Below, piece after piece: positions 1 through 10,310 of a stretch of DNA of 64,000 bases. A program made the translations under genes and the position numbers. A model generated the notes under the pieces. It made no database searches and was not told where the DNA came from. It saw only the letters and a list, made by a program, of their open reading frames with translations. The stretch is from an uncultured Coriobacteriales bacterium (GTDB lineage: Bacteria > Actinomycetota > Coriobacteriia > Coriobacteriales > UMGS124). Position 1 is the first letter of the stretch. Every line of letters starts with the position of its first letter. The stretch is from positions 8,863-72,862 of the forward strand of contig CABQHM010000006.1 of NCBI GenBank assembly GCA_902464015.1, given 5' to 3'.

Positions 1-67
1 GCAGTTCGGCGACGTCACCGTCAGGCGCGACGTCTCCATCGGCGAGGGCGACAAGGCCCGCCTGTAT

Positions 68-1042
68 GTGACCCTCACGCGCACCGACGGCCAGGCCAAC
101 AACACCGACGCCGTCCTGTGTGACTACGGCCACCTCGTCGCGAACTCCGCCGTTGTCACCGAGGCCATTCCCACCTGGTGGGAGAGCCTGTGCGCCTTCC
201 TTTCAACCATCGACTACCGCCCGCTGTGGGTCTCTCTCAAGACAAGCGGCGTTGCGCTCGTCATCGTCTTTATCTGCGGCCTTCTCGCCGCTTGGAAGTC
301 GCTCGGTGTCAAGAGCCGCTGGCAGGGAATCGTCGACACGCTCTTCACCATCCCCATGGTGCTGCCGCCCACGGTGTGCGGCTTCTTGCTGCTCCTGCTG
401 TTCGGCAACGCCTCGCCTGTCGGTCAGTGGCTCATGCAGCACGGCGTGAAGCTCGTGTTCTCCTGGCCCGCCACGGTCATTGCGGCCACGGTCGTTGCGT
501 TTCCGCTCATGTACCGCACGGCGCGCGGCGCATTCGAGGCGCTCGACCCCAACATGCTCGATGCCGCCCGTACCTTGGGTTGGTCTGAGCGCCGCGTGTT
601 CTACCGCCTCATGATTCCCAACGCCTGGCCCTCCATCGCCGCAGGTACGGTGCTTGCGTTCGCCCGTGCCATGGGCGAGTTCGGCGCGACGCTCTTCTGC
701 GCCGGCAACTACGCGGGCATCACTCAGACCATGCCCATCGCCATCTACTTCCAGTGGATGGGCGGCAACACCGACGTGGCGATCTTCTGGGTCATCGTGG
801 TCATCTTCATCTCGTTCCTCGTCATCCTCTTCATCAACGTCTACACCGCTCATTCCCAGCGCTATCGCAAGGGTGGTCTCACGCGCGCCGAGCTCAAGAT
901 GCTCAAGAAGCAGGGCAAGTTGGCCGGCGAGGATTCCGAGGGCGCCAACGACGACCAGTCGTTCTCCGGTATTCACGCTGCCGACGCCGAGTCGCTCTTC
1001 GAGCGCGTCTCGTCGGACGCACAAGACAAGGCGAGGGGATAG
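68..1042 (+). CDS. modB: Molybdate-type ABC transporter permease (ModB/CysTW family). The start is uncertain because the frame stays open back to the window edge.
   Basis: Core sequence LPPTVCGFLLLLLFG...LDAARTLGWSERRVFYRLMIPNAWPSIAAGTVLAFARAMGEFGATL matches the ModB EAA-loop signature. There are multiple hydrophobic TM stretches. An ABC ATPase gene starts 2 nt downstream. No in-frame stop lies between nt 2 and 68. Confidence 0.8.
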   Translation: MTLTRTDGQANNTDAVLCDYGHLVANSAVVTEAIPTWWESLCAFLSTIDYRPLWVSLKTSGVALVIVFICGLLAAWKSLGVKSRWQGIVDTLFTIPMVLPPTVCGFLLLLLFGNASPVGQWLMQHGVKLVFSWPATVIAATVVAFPLMYRTARGAFEALDPNMLDAARTLGWSERRVFYRLMIPNAWPSIAAGTVLAFARAMGEFGATLFCAGNYAGITQTMPIAIYFQWMGGNTDVAIFWVIVVIFISFLVILFINVYTAHSQRYRKGGLTRAELKMLKKQGKLAGEDSEGANDDQSFSGIHAADAESLFERVSSDAQDKARG

Positions 1043-1044
1043 CC

Positions 1045-2112
1045 ATGAGCCTGTACGTCGACATCAAGAAGAAGCTCACGGCGTTCGACCTCGACGTCCA
1101 CATCGAGGCAGGTGAGGAGCGCCTGGGGCTTCTGGGCGCCTCTGGTTGCGGTAAGAGCCTCACCATGCGCTGCATCGCCGGCGTCGAGACGCCCGACGAG
1201 GGACGCATCGTTGTGAACGACCGCGTCTTCTTCGATTCCGAGCGTGGCATCAACCTCTCCCCGCAGGAGCGCAAGACCGCCTACCTCTTCCAGAACTACC
1301 AGCTTTTCCCCAACCTGTCGGTGGAGCAGAACGTGCAGGCGGGCATGCCCAAAACCATGTCCAAGCAGGAGCGCCACGAGGCGGCTATCAGCGCGCTCTC
1401 CATCTTCTCCATGGAAAAGTTCGCCCAGCGCTATCCGGGGCGCCTCTCCGGCGGCCAGCAGCAGCGCGTGGCGCTTGCGCGCATGATTGCGGCGCGCCCC
1501 GGCATCTTCATGTTCGACGAGCCGTTCTCCGCCCTTGACTCCTACCTCAAGAGCTCGCTTGAACAGACCCTGCTCGACATGCTCGACCTCGTGAAGACCA
1601 CGGTGCTCTACGTGAGCCACGACATCGACGAGTCGTTTAGGTTCTGCGATCGCATCTGCGTCATCTCCGACGGCCATGTGGCCGAGATCGGCCCCACCAA
1701 GCAGATTGTGGGTGACCCGCACACGCTTGCGGCGGTGAAGCTCTCGGGCTGCAAGAACATCTCGGCGGCGCGCAAGGTGGCCGAGGGCGTTGTCGAGGCC
1801 ACGGACTGGGGTATGACGTTCCATACGAATAAGCCTATCCCCGACGATCTTGCCTACCTGGGAATCCGCGCGTTCTACGTGCATCCGGCCGACGCCGAGA
1901 AGGCTGGCGGCAAGAACGCCTACCGGCTCCAGGTGCACCGCACGAGCGACTCGCGCTTCGAGCGCTCCGTGATGCTCAAGACCCCCGAAGGCGGCAAGCT
2001 CATCCAGTGGAAGGTCGACAAGCTCCAGGTGCCCGAGGACCAGCTCCCCAAAGCAGGCGACGTGATCAACCTACACTTCGACGCCGACAAGCTGTACCTG
2101 GTGAGGGCGTAG
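1045..2112 (+). CDS. modC: ABC transporter ATP-binding protein, ModC-like, with a C-terminal TOBE-like tail
   Basis: ATG at 1045 sits inside the longer ORF 754..2112. Motifs: Walker A GASGCGKS, Q-loop LFQNYQLFP, signature LSGGQQQRVALAR, Walker B IFMFDEP. A ~110-aa beta-rich C-terminal domain is present. It directly follows modB. Confidence 0.8.
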   Translation: MSLYVDIKKKLTAFDLDVHIEAGEERLGLLGASGCGKSLTMRCIAGVETPDEGRIVVNDRVFFDSERGINLSPQERKTAYLFQNYQLFPNLSVEQNVQAGMPKTMSKQERHEAAISALSIFSMEKFAQRYPGRLSGGQQQRVALARMIAARPGIFMFDEPFSALDSYLKSSLEQTLLDMLDLVKTTVLYVSHDIDESFRFCDRICVISDGHVAEIGPTKQIVGDPHTLAAVKLSGCKNISAARKVAEGVVEATDWGMTFHTNKPIPDDLAYLGIRAFYVHPADAEKAGGKNAYRLQVHRTSDSRFERSVMLKTPEGGKLIQWKVDKLQVPEDQLPKAGDVINLHFDADKLYLVRA

Positions 2113-2141
2113 GGCACGTCCTGCACATCCCGTTGCACAAG

Positions 2142-2193
2142 AAAGGGCGGGCGCACGAGCTGGGGTGATTGCCAGCTGTGCGCCCGCCCCTTT
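2142..2193. terminator. Bidirectional intrinsic terminator between convergent modC and uvrB
   Basis: 12-bp GC stem GGGCGGGCGCAC (2145-2156) / GTGCGCCCGCCC (2178-2189), flanked by AAA upstream and CTTT downstream. Confidence 0.6.
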
Positions 2194-2216
2194 GCGTGTC
2201 CGATGGGGGAGGGGCC

Positions 2217-4397
2217 TCAGTGCTTGGCGTGCTTGTTGAAGCGCTTGGCCGTGCCTGTGGCCCCCATGCCGGCCGACTTGCGCGCGCTTGACTTCAAGGC
2301 GCGCATGACGTCGTCCTCCTCGCTGCCCTCGATTTGGGCCTTGAGGCGCACGAGTTGGTCGCGCAGGCGCGCGGCTTCCTCGAAGTCGAGCTTCTCGCTT
2401 GCGGCGCGCATGTCGTCCTCGATGGAGGCCATGATGTGGGCGAGCTCGTCTTTGGGCAGGCTCGAGAGTTCCTCGGCCACCGTCTGCGACAGGCTCTCGT
2501 CGGCACCGCCGCCGGCCTCGGCGCCGATGAAGCTTGTGATGTCGGTAATCGCTTTCTGCACGCTGCGCGGCTCGATGCCGTGCTCCTCGTTGTACTTCTC
2601 CTGCAAGGCGCGGCGGCGCTGCGTCTCGTCGATGGCGACGCGCATGGAGTCGGTGATGGTGTCAGCGTACATGATGACCTTGCCGCTCACGTTGCGGGCG
2701 GCGCGGCCCATCGTCTGGATGAGCGAGCGCCGGTTGCGCAGGAATCCCTCTTTGTCCGCGTCGAGGATGGCAACGAGGCTTACCTCGGGGATGTCTAGAC
2801 CCTCGCGCAGCAGGTTGATGCCCACGAGGATGTCGAGCGCGCCGCTGCGCAGCTTGCGGATGATCTCCACGCGGTCCATCGTGGCGGTGTCGGAGTGCAT
2901 GTAGGCCACCTTGAAGCCCTCGTCGAGCAGGTGGTCGGTGAGGTTCTCGGCCATGCGCTTCGTGAGCGTCGTCACGAGCACGCGCTCGTGGCGGGCGGCG
3001 TGCTCGCGGCACTCGGAGATGAGGTCGTCGATCTGCCCGCGGATGGGCCGCACGTCGATCTTGGGGTCGAGCAGGCCCGTGGGTCGGATGATCTGCTCCA
3101 CGGGTTCGGGGCACACGCGCTCCTCGAAGTCTCCGGGTGTGGCGCTCACGAAGACGAACTGCGGGATGCGTGCCTCGAACTCGTCGAAGCGCAGAGGCCT
3201 GTTGTCAAGCGCGCTCGGCAGGCGGAACCCGTGCTCGATGAGCGAGATCTTGCGGGAGCGGTCGCCCTCGTGCATGCCGCGGACCTGGGGCAGCGTCACA
3301 TGCGACTCGTCGACGATGCACAGCATGTCTTTGGGGAAGTAGTCGATGAGCGTGTAGGGGGCCTCGCCGGGGGCGCGACCGTCGAGGTGGCGCGAGTAGT
3401 TCTCGATGCCCGAGCAGAAGCCCATGGTCTGGAGGGCTTCCAGGTCGTAGTCGGTGCGCTGCTGCAGGCGTTGGGCCTCCAGGAGCTTGCCGGCCTCCTT
3501 GAACTCGGCCACGCGGGCGGCCTCCTCCTCGGCGATGGTCTGCAACGCGCGGTTGAGCTTGGGGCGCTCGGTGACGTAGTGCGAGGCCGGCCAGATGGGA
3601 ACGGCGTCAAAGGAGTTGAGAACCTCGCCTGTGACCTCGTCAACCTCGTAGATGCCCTCGACCTCGTCGCCGAAGAACTCGATGCGCACGGGGTGCTCGG
3701 CATAGGGAGGGAACACGTCCACCACGTCGCCGCGTACGCGGAAGGTGCCTCGGTGCAGGTCGTAGTCGTCGCGGTCGTAGAGGATGTCGATGAGCGAGTA
3801 CACGAAGTCGTCGCGGTCAAGCGGGGTGTCTTTGCGCACGTTGGGCGCCATGCCCGCGTAGTCCTCGGGGCTGCCGATACCGTAGATGCAGCTCACCGAG
3901 GCGACTACGATGACGTCCCTGCGGCTGAGCAGGTCGGCAGTGGCCTGATGGCGCAGCTTTTCGATGTCCTCGTTGATCGAGGAGTCCTTCTCGATGTAGG
4001 TGTCGGTGGAGGGGATGTACGCCTCGGGCTGGTAGTAGTCGTAGTAGGAGACGAAGTACACCACCGCGTTGTTTGGGAAGAACTCACGCAGCTCGCTTGC
4101 CACCTGGGCGGCAAGCGTCTTGTTAGGCTCGAGGATGAGTGTCGGTTTGCCTACGGCCTCGATGGTCTTGGCCATGGTGAAGGTTTTGCCCGAGCCTGTG
4201 ACGCCCAGAAGCGTTTGGTAGCGCTTGCCCTCGCGGATGCCCCGGCTGAGCTTCTCGATGGCCTGGGGCTGGTCTCCGCAGGGCTCGAAGGGGGAGACGA
4301 CTTTGAACTCGACTTCCTCGCCTTCTTGGCCGAACCTTTTGAGCTCTCCGCCGAAATGACGCTGCCCTTGCTCGTTTGTGGTCGTTTTGTCGTCCAT
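2217..4397 (-). CDS. uvrB: Excinuclease ABC subunit B
   Basis: Translation has [28 protein letters not shown] (Walker A), helicase motifs and the C-terminal UVR domain ([14 protein letters not shown]). Start chosen at MDDKTT (4397), preceded by AGGTGA. The ORF extends to 4469. Confidence 0.93.
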   Translation of the reverse strand: MDDKTTTNEQGQRHFGGELKRFGQEGEEVEFKVVSPFEPCGDQPQAIEKLSRGIREGKRYQTLLGVTGSGKTFTMAKTIEAVGKPTLILEPNKTLAAQVASELREFFPNNAVVYFVSYYDYYQPEAYIPSTDTYIEKDSSINEDIEKLRHQATADLLSRRDVIVVASVSCIYGIGSPEDYAGMAPNVRKDTPLDRDDFVYSLIDILYDRDDYDLHRGTFRVRGDVVDVFPPYAEHPVRIEFFGDEVEGIYEVDEVTGEVLNSFDAVPIWPASHYVTERPKLNRALQTIAEEEAARVAEFKEAGKLLEAQRLQQRTDYDLEALQTMGFCSGIENYSRHLDGRAPGEAPYTLIDYFPKDMLCIVDESHVTLPQVRGMHEGDRSRKISLIEHGFRLPSALDNRPLRFDEFEARIPQFVFVSATPGDFEERVCPEPVEQIIRPTGLLDPKIDVRPIRGQIDDLISECREHAARHERVLVTTLTKRMAENLTDHLLDEGFKVAYMHSDTATMDRVEIIRKLRSGALDILVGINLLREGLDIPEVSLVAILDADKEGFLRNRRSLIQTMGRAARNVSGKVIMYADTITDSMRVAIDETQRRRALQEKYNEEHGIEPRSVQKAITDITSFIGAEAGGGADESLSQTVAEELSSLPKDELAHIMASIEDDMRAASEKLDFEEAARLRDQLVRLKAQIEGSEEDDVMRALKSSARKSAGMGATGTAKRFNKHAKH

Positions 4398-4555
4398 TTG
4401 CGTCACCTGTTGGTATAAAGTGTCTCTCGTTGCCATGTTGCGCGCGTGTTTCCACGGCCGTGCCCGCACCGTTTGCGCGGTGCTCTATCATGCTGTGGTC
4501 GGTCTAATGGTACACCGTGCTCATCATCCACGGCATCCCATCAGGAGAGGTTTCA

Positions 4556-5638
4556 ATGCAGAACACGTCGCTCGACCATGTCGCCCATCAGCTGGCGAAC
4601 AAAGACGCCTGCGGGCGCACGATAGATTACATGCGGATTGCCATCACCGACAGGTGCAATTACCGCTGCGTCTATTGCATGCCCGCTTCGGGCGTTCCCG
4701 ACAAGGGCCACTGCGAGATCATGAGCTTCGAGGAGATCGAGCGCTTCGTCTCCATCGCGGCTGGCTATGGCATTTGCCACCTGCGCCTGACAGGCGGTGA
4801 GCCGCTCGCGCGCAAGGGGTGCGCTGAGCTGGCCTCGCGCCTTATGGCAATCGACGGCATCGAGGACATCGCCATCACCACCAACGGCGCGCTTCTCCCT
4901 CGCTTTGCCCATGATCTGCGTGCCGCCGGTGTCAGTCGCGTCAACATCTCGCTCGACACCCTCGACCCGGCAAAGTTCGCCGCTGTCACGCGCATCGGCT
5001 CGATTGACGACGTGCTGCGCGGCATCGACGCCGTCCTTGAGGAGGGTTTCGAGACCGTCAAGATCAATACCGTTGCGGTAAGGGCGCTCGACCAGGACTT
5101 CTTCGGCATCACCGAGCTCGGCCGCGACAGGCCCATCCATGTGCGCTTCATCGAGTACATGCCTATCGGAGACGATGAGACCATCCCGAAGAACATCCCC
5201 GAGGAGGACAGCGCCCTCTTCAAGGACGTGTCGGCATGGGACGGCTCCGACACCATTCCCACCGACGAGCTGCGCCGCATCGTGAGCGAGGCCGGCGAGC
5301 GCGCGGGGGCGGGTCCGCTCATCGCCTGCACCAAGGACCGTCCCGAGGGCCACGGTCCCGCCCAGTACTGGAAGTTCGAGGGCTTCAAGGGCACGGTGGG
5401 CTTCATCAGTGCCATGAGCAGCCACTTCTGCTCGCAGTGCAACCGCCTGCGCCTCACGGCCGACGGCAACCTGCGTCCGTGCCTGTTCTCCGACCTGGAG
5501 TACCCCGTGCTGCCTGCCCTGCGCGCCCATGACGACGACGCCGTGCGCGCGGCCTTTGAGGCGGCGCTTCGCAACAAGCCCGACAAGCACAAGTCAAACG
5601 ACGGAACCGAGAGGTTCATGTCTCAAATCGGAGGTTGA
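4556..5638 (+). CDS. moaA: GTP 3',8-cyclase (radical SAM, molybdenum cofactor biosynthesis protein A)
   Basis: Radical-SAM motif [10 protein letters not shown], a C-terminal Cys cluster ([23 protein letters not shown]), and RBS AGGAGAGG 6 nt before ATG 4556. Confidence 0.92.
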   Translation: MQNTSLDHVAHQLANKDACGRTIDYMRIAITDRCNYRCVYCMPASGVPDKGHCEIMSFEEIERFVSIAAGYGICHLRLTGGEPLARKGCAELASRLMAIDGIEDIAITTNGALLPRFAHDLRAAGVSRVNISLDTLDPAKFAAVTRIGSIDDVLRGIDAVLEEGFETVKINTVAVRALDQDFFGITELGRDRPIHVRFIEYMPIGDDETIPKNIPEEDSALFKDVSAWDGSDTIPTDELRRIVSEAGERAGAGPLIACTKDRPEGHGPAQYWKFEGFKGTVGFISAMSSHFCSQCNRLRLTADGNLRPCLFSDLEYPVLPALRAHDDDAVRAAFEAALRNKPDKHKSNDGTERFMSQIGG

Positions 5639-5643
5639 TACCT

Positions 5644-6174
5644 ATGGCAGAGAACCAAGAGATGCCCCGCGACGCGTACCGTGACGAGCTCACCCACGTC
5701 GACGAGAAGGGCGACGTGCGCATGGTGGACGTGTCCGACAAGGCCGTGACCAAGCGCGAGGCCGTGGCCGAGGGCACCATCCTCATGCACCCCGAGACCC
5801 AGGCCATGGTGCTTGAGGACCGTGCCAAGAAGGGCGACGTCCTGGCATGCGCCCGTGTGGCCGGCATCATGGCCGCGAAGCGCACGAGCGACCTTGTCCC
5901 GATGTGCCACCCGCTGCCGCTCACGAAGGCCAAGGTCGAGATCGAGCCTGTCGAGGCGGGGGAGCGCGCCGACGGCCGCGTGGGCTTCCATGTGGTCACC
6001 ACCACGGGCGTGACCGGCGTCACGGGCATCGAGATGGAGGCCCTCACCGCCGCCAGCGTCGCCTGCCTCACCATCTACGACATGTGCAAGGCCGTGGACC
6101 GCGGCATGGAGATCGTTGACGTGCGCCTGCTGCGCAAAGAGGGCGGCCGTTCGGGTCTGTGGGAGCGCGCGTAG
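5644..6174 (+). CDS. moaC: Cyclic pyranopterin monophosphate synthase
   Basis: [17 protein letters not shown]...[31 protein letters not shown] closely parallels MoaC. GGAGG lies 9 nt upstream of ATG 5644. The region overlaps the moaA stop. Confidence 0.92.
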   Translation: MAENQEMPRDAYRDELTHVDEKGDVRMVDVSDKAVTKREAVAEGTILMHPETQAMVLEDRAKKGDVLACARVAGIMAAKRTSDLVPMCHPLPLTKAKVEIEPVEAGERADGRVGFHVVTTTGVTGVTGIEMEALTAASVACLTIYDMCKAVDRGMEIVDVRLLRKEGGRSGLWERA

Positions 6175-6387
6175 CCCCTCAATCGGACTGAGGCGCCGCG
6201 GTTGCGCGACGTGTTGGCTCGTGCACCCTTGTGCACGGCAATTGCACGATGCGCAGCCCGGCGCCTCTGCCGTTTCTGGCGCCGTTCGCACCAAATCATA
6301 GCGACTTTAGGGGATTAGACTTCCCAGAGCGGCAAAGTTGGAGTACTCTAAGCCCTGGCGTTATCCCCAAGGAGAGGACAAGGTTTT

Positions 6388-7245
6388 ATGGCAGAGAACG
6401 TACCTGCCGACGGCAACGTAATGCGCGCCGGCGACACCAGCAAGCTTGCTCAGAATGACATGAGCAGCGTCAAGCACGTCATCGGCGTTGTGTCTGGCAA
6501 GGGCGGCGTGGGCAAGTCGCTCGTCTCCGGCCTCATCGCCGCCGACGCGGCACGCAAGGGCCTCAAGGTCGGCATCCTCGACGCCGACATCACCGGCCCC
6601 ACCATTCCCCACATGTTCGGCTTCAACCACGTGGGCATCACCGCGCAGAACAACCTCCTCGTGCCTGCTCGCACCAAGGAAGGCATCGAGGTCATGTCGA
6701 TTAACCTGTTGCTGCGCAACCCCGATGACCCGGTGATTTGGCGTGGCCCCGTCATCGGCGGCTGCGTCAAACAGTTCTGGAACGAGGTCGTCTGGGGCGA
6801 GCTCGACGTGCTCGTCGTCGACATGCCTCCCGGAACGGGCGACGTGGCCCTCACCGTGTTCCAGTCCATCCCGGTCGACGGCGTCGTCATCGTCGCCTCC
6901 CCGCAGGACCTCGTGGCCACCATCGTGGGCAAGGCCGTGAACATGGCCAAGTCCATGGACGTGCCCGTGCTCGGCCTTGTCGAGAACATGAGCTACTTTG
7001 AGTGCCCCGACTGCGGCAAGAAGCACTACATCTTCGGCGACAGCCACATCGACGAGGTTGCCGAGAAGTACGGCGTCGACGTCCTGGCCCGCCTGCCCAT
7101 GAACCCCGACTTCGCCGCCATGTGCGACGAGGGCAAGGTCATGGACATCCCCAACCCCGGCATCGACGCCGAGAAGCTGCTCGACAAGGCCGCTTCCGTC
7201 AAGGTCGCCTCCTCGCTCATGGGCGGTTGGACCGTCGCCGAGTAA
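6388..7245 (+). CDS. Mrp/NBP35/ApbC-family iron-sulfur cluster carrier ATPase
   Basis: Deviant Walker A VVSGKGGVGKS, ILDADITGPTIPHMFG, the CPDCGKKHYIFG motif, and RBS AAGGAGAGG. Confidence 0.88.
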   Translation: MAENVPADGNVMRAGDTSKLAQNDMSSVKHVIGVVSGKGGVGKSLVSGLIAADAARKGLKVGILDADITGPTIPHMFGFNHVGITAQNNLLVPARTKEGIEVMSINLLLRNPDDPVIWRGPVIGGCVKQFWNEVVWGELDVLVVDMPPGTGDVALTVFQSIPVDGVVIVASPQDLVATIVGKAVNMAKSMDVPVLGLVENMSYFECPDCGKKHYIFGDSHIDEVAEKYGVDVLARLPMNPDFAAMCDEGKVMDIPNPGIDAEKLLDKAASVKVASSLMGGWTVAE

Positions 7246-7272
7246 CAGCCCCGGCTTTCAGTAAGGATTGAT

Positions 7273-8463
7273 ATGAACTCTCCCCACATCATCGTCGTGG
7301 GGGCCGGCGCCTCGGGTTTGGCTTGCGCAATCGCCGCAGCTGAGTCCGGGGCGTCCGTTTCTGTCTTTGAGGCAGGCCCCCGCCCCGGACGCTCCATCAT
7401 GGCCTCAGGCAACGGTCGCTGCAACTTCTGCAACGCCGACCTTGGAAGCGGCCGCTACAACGACCCGACATTCGTCCAGCGTGCCTTCGAGGCGTGTGCG
7501 GACGGCCCCGTGCCCGAGGTTCTCGGCTTCTTCGAGCGCCTGGGGCTGTGGCATACCTGCGACGAGGAGGGGCGTTACTTCCCCCGCTCGCGCTGCGCCG
7601 CGTCGGTGCTCGACGTGCTGCTCAATCGCATCGACGAGCTGGGCGTGCGCCTGTGGATTGAGTCGCGCGTGAGCTCGGTTGCCTGCAGCGCCGGGCGTTG
7701 GACCGTCGAGCTTGAGGATGGGCAGACGTTTGAGGCCGACAGGGTGGTGTGGTGTGCGGGCGGCCAGTCGGCCGGCTTGCTTGCCGACATGTGCGACCTC
7801 GAGCTCTGCTCGCAGACGCGCGTCCTGTGCCCCATCGCGACTTCTCCCAAGCCTGCCCGCGACCTCGACGGCGCGCGCTTCACCTGCCGCGTCAGCGTGG
7901 AGCATGCAGGGGAGCCTGTGTTCAACGAGGTGGGCGAGGTGCTCATGCGCAAGTACGGCGTCTCGGGCATCGTCGTCTTTGACGCCTCACGCTATGCCCA
8001 TCCGGGCGACCGGCTTTCGATAGACCTTGCCCCCGAGATGGGCGAAGACGAGCTCCGTCGTGACCTGCTGCGCCGCGTCGAGGCCGCCGAGGCCTCGGGC
8101 GATGTGGCATTTGCGCGTCTGCACCTGCTTGACGGCACCGTTCAGCCCAAGGTGGCCGCGCATCTGATGGAGCGCGTGTGCGGCCGCGACGGCGACCGAC
8201 CCTGCGACGTCGATAGGCTCTGCTGTCTGCTGAAGAGGTGGGAGTTCCGCGTCGAATCCCTCATGGAGGGCGACCAGGCCCAGGTCACGCGCGGCGGCAT
8301 TGCGACCTCTCAGGTGGATCCGCTCACGTTTGCATGCGCCGATGTGCCCGGCCTTTTCATTTGCGGAGAGGCCCTTGATGTGGACGGCATGTGCGGTGGA
8401 TTGAACCTGGCGTGGGCTTGGGTCAGCGGCATGCACGCGGGAAGGGCAAGCGCGGTATCATAG
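7273..8463 (+). CDS. NAD(P)/FAD-dependent oxidoreductase, HI0933/BaiN-like family
   Basis: N-terminal dinucleotide fold IIVVGAGASGLACAIAAAESG followed by SGNGRCNFCN, typical of HI0933-like flavoproteins. C-terminal GGLNLAWAWVSG. Confidence 0.75.
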   Translation: MNSPHIIVVGAGASGLACAIAAAESGASVSVFEAGPRPGRSIMASGNGRCNFCNADLGSGRYNDPTFVQRAFEACADGPVPEVLGFFERLGLWHTCDEEGRYFPRSRCAASVLDVLLNRIDELGVRLWIESRVSSVACSAGRWTVELEDGQTFEADRVVWCAGGQSAGLLADMCDLELCSQTRVLCPIATSPKPARDLDGARFTCRVSVEHAGEPVFNEVGEVLMRKYGVSGIVVFDASRYAHPGDRLSIDLAPEMGEDELRRDLLRRVEAAEASGDVAFARLHLLDGTVQPKVAAHLMERVCGRDGDRPCDVDRLCCLLKRWEFRVESLMEGDQAQVTRGGIATSQVDPLTFACADVPGLFICGEALDVDGMCGGLNLAWAWVSGMHAGRASAVS

Positions 8464-8487
8464 GCACGACTGTCGTGATAGCAACTC

Positions 8488-8568
8488 GGGAGCTGCTGCG
8501 ATGAGACAGTCGAGGACGATGTGCGCGAGTTGCGCGCTGTCTTCGACGGTCTGGTCGCAGCAGCTCCC
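8488..8568 (+). other. Extended three-tier imperfect hairpin (~81 nt) in the intergenic region between two flavoprotein genes
   Basis: Outer 14-bp stem GGGAGCTGCTGCGA (8488-8501) / TCGCAGCAGCTCCC (8555-8568). Middle stem AGACAGTCGAGGAC / GTCTTCGACGGTCT pairs at 12 of 14 positions. Apical GCGCG-agttg-CGCGC. Confidence 0.6.
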
Positions 8569-8591
8569 CGCTAATTTTACAGGGAGCGCCG

Positions 8592-10256
8592 ATGATCGAG
8601 ATACGCAACCTCAAGCTCGCCCTTTCCGGTGGCAAGGCGACGGGCGTCGCCTATGACGCCGACCTGCTCCGTCTGGCCGTGAGCCGCAAGCTGGGCATCG
8701 ACGTTTCCGACATCGACGCCTGCAGCGTGGCCCGTCGTGCCGTCGATGCCCGCAAGCGAGGCGACATCCACTATGTCGCAAGTGTGCGTGCCTCGCTGCA
8801 TGAAGGCGCCGCTTGCGAAGAGCGCCTCGTTGCAAGCCTTGCGACCAACGATGTCGTGCTTGCCAAGGAAGCCTCTTACGAGGCCCCCAAGCTCGAGGCC
8901 GGTCATACGGTCGCGCGCCCCGTCGTTGTGGGCGCAGGCCCCGCGGGCCTGTTTGCCGCGCTCAGCCTGGCACAGGCGGGCATGGCGCCCATCCTTATTG
9001 AGCGCGGCGCTCCAGCCGAGCAGCGCAGCCGCGACGTGGCGAAGTTCGCCGCGACCGGCAAGCTCAACACGCAGAGCAACATCCAGTTCGGCGCAGGCGG
9101 TGCCGGCACCTTCTCCGACGGCAAGCTCACCACGGGCACGAACGCCCCCGAGCATACCTGGATTCTCAAGACCTTTGTCGAGGCGGGTGCGTCCTCCGAC
9201 ATCCTCTGGCAGGCGATGCCTCACATCGGAAGCGACGTGCTTCCCGGTGTGGTGGACAAGCTCGTCGAGCGTATCCGCGAAGCTGGCGGCGACGTGCGCT
9301 GGTACACGAGGATGTGCGAGCTCGTCGTCGAGCAGGGCTGCCTTGCGGGTGTGCGCGTGGCCGTCGAGGCGCCCGGCCGCCCCGCCAAGTTCGAGGAGAT
9401 CCGCTGCTCCCAGGCGATCCTTGCGTGCGGCCATTCGGCCCGCGACGTGTTCTCCCAGCTCAAGGAGCAGGGTCTCACTCTCGAGCCCAAGGTATTCTCC
9501 ATGGGTGTGCGTATCGAGCATCCTCAGAACATGATCAACAAGGTCCAGTACGGCGGCATCGCCAACAGCGACGCGCTGCCCGTGGCCTCCTACAAGCTCA
9601 GCTGCCACCTCAAGGACGGCAGGGGCGTTTACAGCTTCTGCATGTGTCCCGGCGGCACGATTGTGGCCGCGGCGAGCGAAGAGGGCGGCGTCGTCACGAA
9701 CGGCATGAGCGAGTTTGCCCGCGACGGCCGCAACGCCAACTCCGGTTTTCTGGCCAACGTCCTCCCCGAAGACATCCCCGGCATCGCCGATGACCCGCTT
9801 GCCGGCGTCGCACTCCAGCGCCGCTGCGAGCAGGCCGCCTTTGCGGCCGGTGGCGGGGACTACAAGGCGCCCGCCCAGCTCCTTACCGATTTCCGCGCCA
9901 AGGTTGCCTCGCGCGGTGCGGGGCACGTCCAGCCTACCTATCCTCTGGGCGTGAAGTGGGGCAGCGTCGGCAAGTGCCTGCCTGATTTCGTTGACCGCGC
10001 GCTTCGTGCGGCCGTCCCCATCTTCGCCAAGCGCCTTGAGGGATTCGACCGCATGGACGCCGTGCTCACCGGTGTGGAGACGCGCTCCTCGTCGCCCGTG
10101 CGCATTGTGCGTCGCTCCGACGACCTCGTGAGCGTCGACGTCGAGGGCCTGTACCCCTGCGGTGAGGGAGCGGGCTATGCCGGTGGCATCATGAGCGCCG
10201 CGGCTGACGGCCTGCGTTGCGCCGCCGCCGTGGTCCGCGCTGCCAACGCCCGTTAG
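8592..10256 (+). CDS. FAD-dependent protein (COG2509-like uncharacterized flavoprotein)
   Basis: Rossmann motif [42 protein letters not shown] and [20 protein letters not shown], characteristic of this family. RBS AGGGAG. Confidence 0.75.
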   Translation: MIEIRNLKLALSGGKATGVAYDADLLRLAVSRKLGIDVSDIDACSVARRAVDARKRGDIHYVASVRASLHEGAACEERLVASLATNDVVLAKEASYEAPKLEAGHTVARPVVVGAGPAGLFAALSLAQAGMAPILIERGAPAEQRSRDVAKFAATGKLNTQSNIQFGAGGAGTFSDGKLTTGTNAPEHTWILKTFVEAGASSDILWQAMPHIGSDVLPGVVDKLVERIREAGGDVRWYTRMCELVVEQGCLAGVRVAVEAPGRPAKFEEIRCSQAILACGHSARDVFSQLKEQGLTLEPKVFSMGVRIEHPQNMINKVQYGGIANSDALPVASYKLSCHLKDGRGVYSFCMCPGGTIVAAASEEGGVVTNGMSEFARDGRNANSGFLANVLPEDIPGIADDPLAGVALQRRCEQAAFAAGGGDYKAPAQLLTDFRAKVASRGAGHVQPTYPLGVKWGSVGKCLPDFVDRALRAAVPIFAKRLEGFDRMDAVLTGVETRSSSPVRIVRRSDDLVSVDVEGLYPCGEGAGYAGGIMSAAADGLRCAAAVVRAANAR

Positions 10257-10265
10257 GCTCTTTCC

Positions 10266-10288
10266 GGGCGTGTGGCCTCCACACGCCC
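10266..10288 (+). terminator. Stem-loop downstream of the flavoprotein gene; possible weak terminator
   Basis: GGGCGTGTGG-cct-CCACACGCCC, a 10-bp perfect stem, followed by GTTGCAATT with only a weak U-tract. Confidence 0.4.
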
Positions 10289-10310
10289 GTTGCAATTAGA
10301 GGTGCATGCA

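Noticed and set aside
754-1044. The N-terminal 97 codons of ORF 754-2112, which would make a 452-aa ATPase overlapping modB.
   Set aside because: This stretch is Arg/His-rich out-of-frame read-through of the modB coding region. The ABC domain begins right at ATG 1045, which has its own purine-rich RBS.
4398-4555. A possible Moco riboswitch in the moaA leader.
   Set aside because: The 158-nt divergent uvrB/moaA spacer has only small hairpins (for example GCACCG-tttgcg-CGGTGC). I could not find the conserved Moco-motif core sequences as I recall them. A covariance-model scan (Rfam Moco_RNA_motif) would be decisive.
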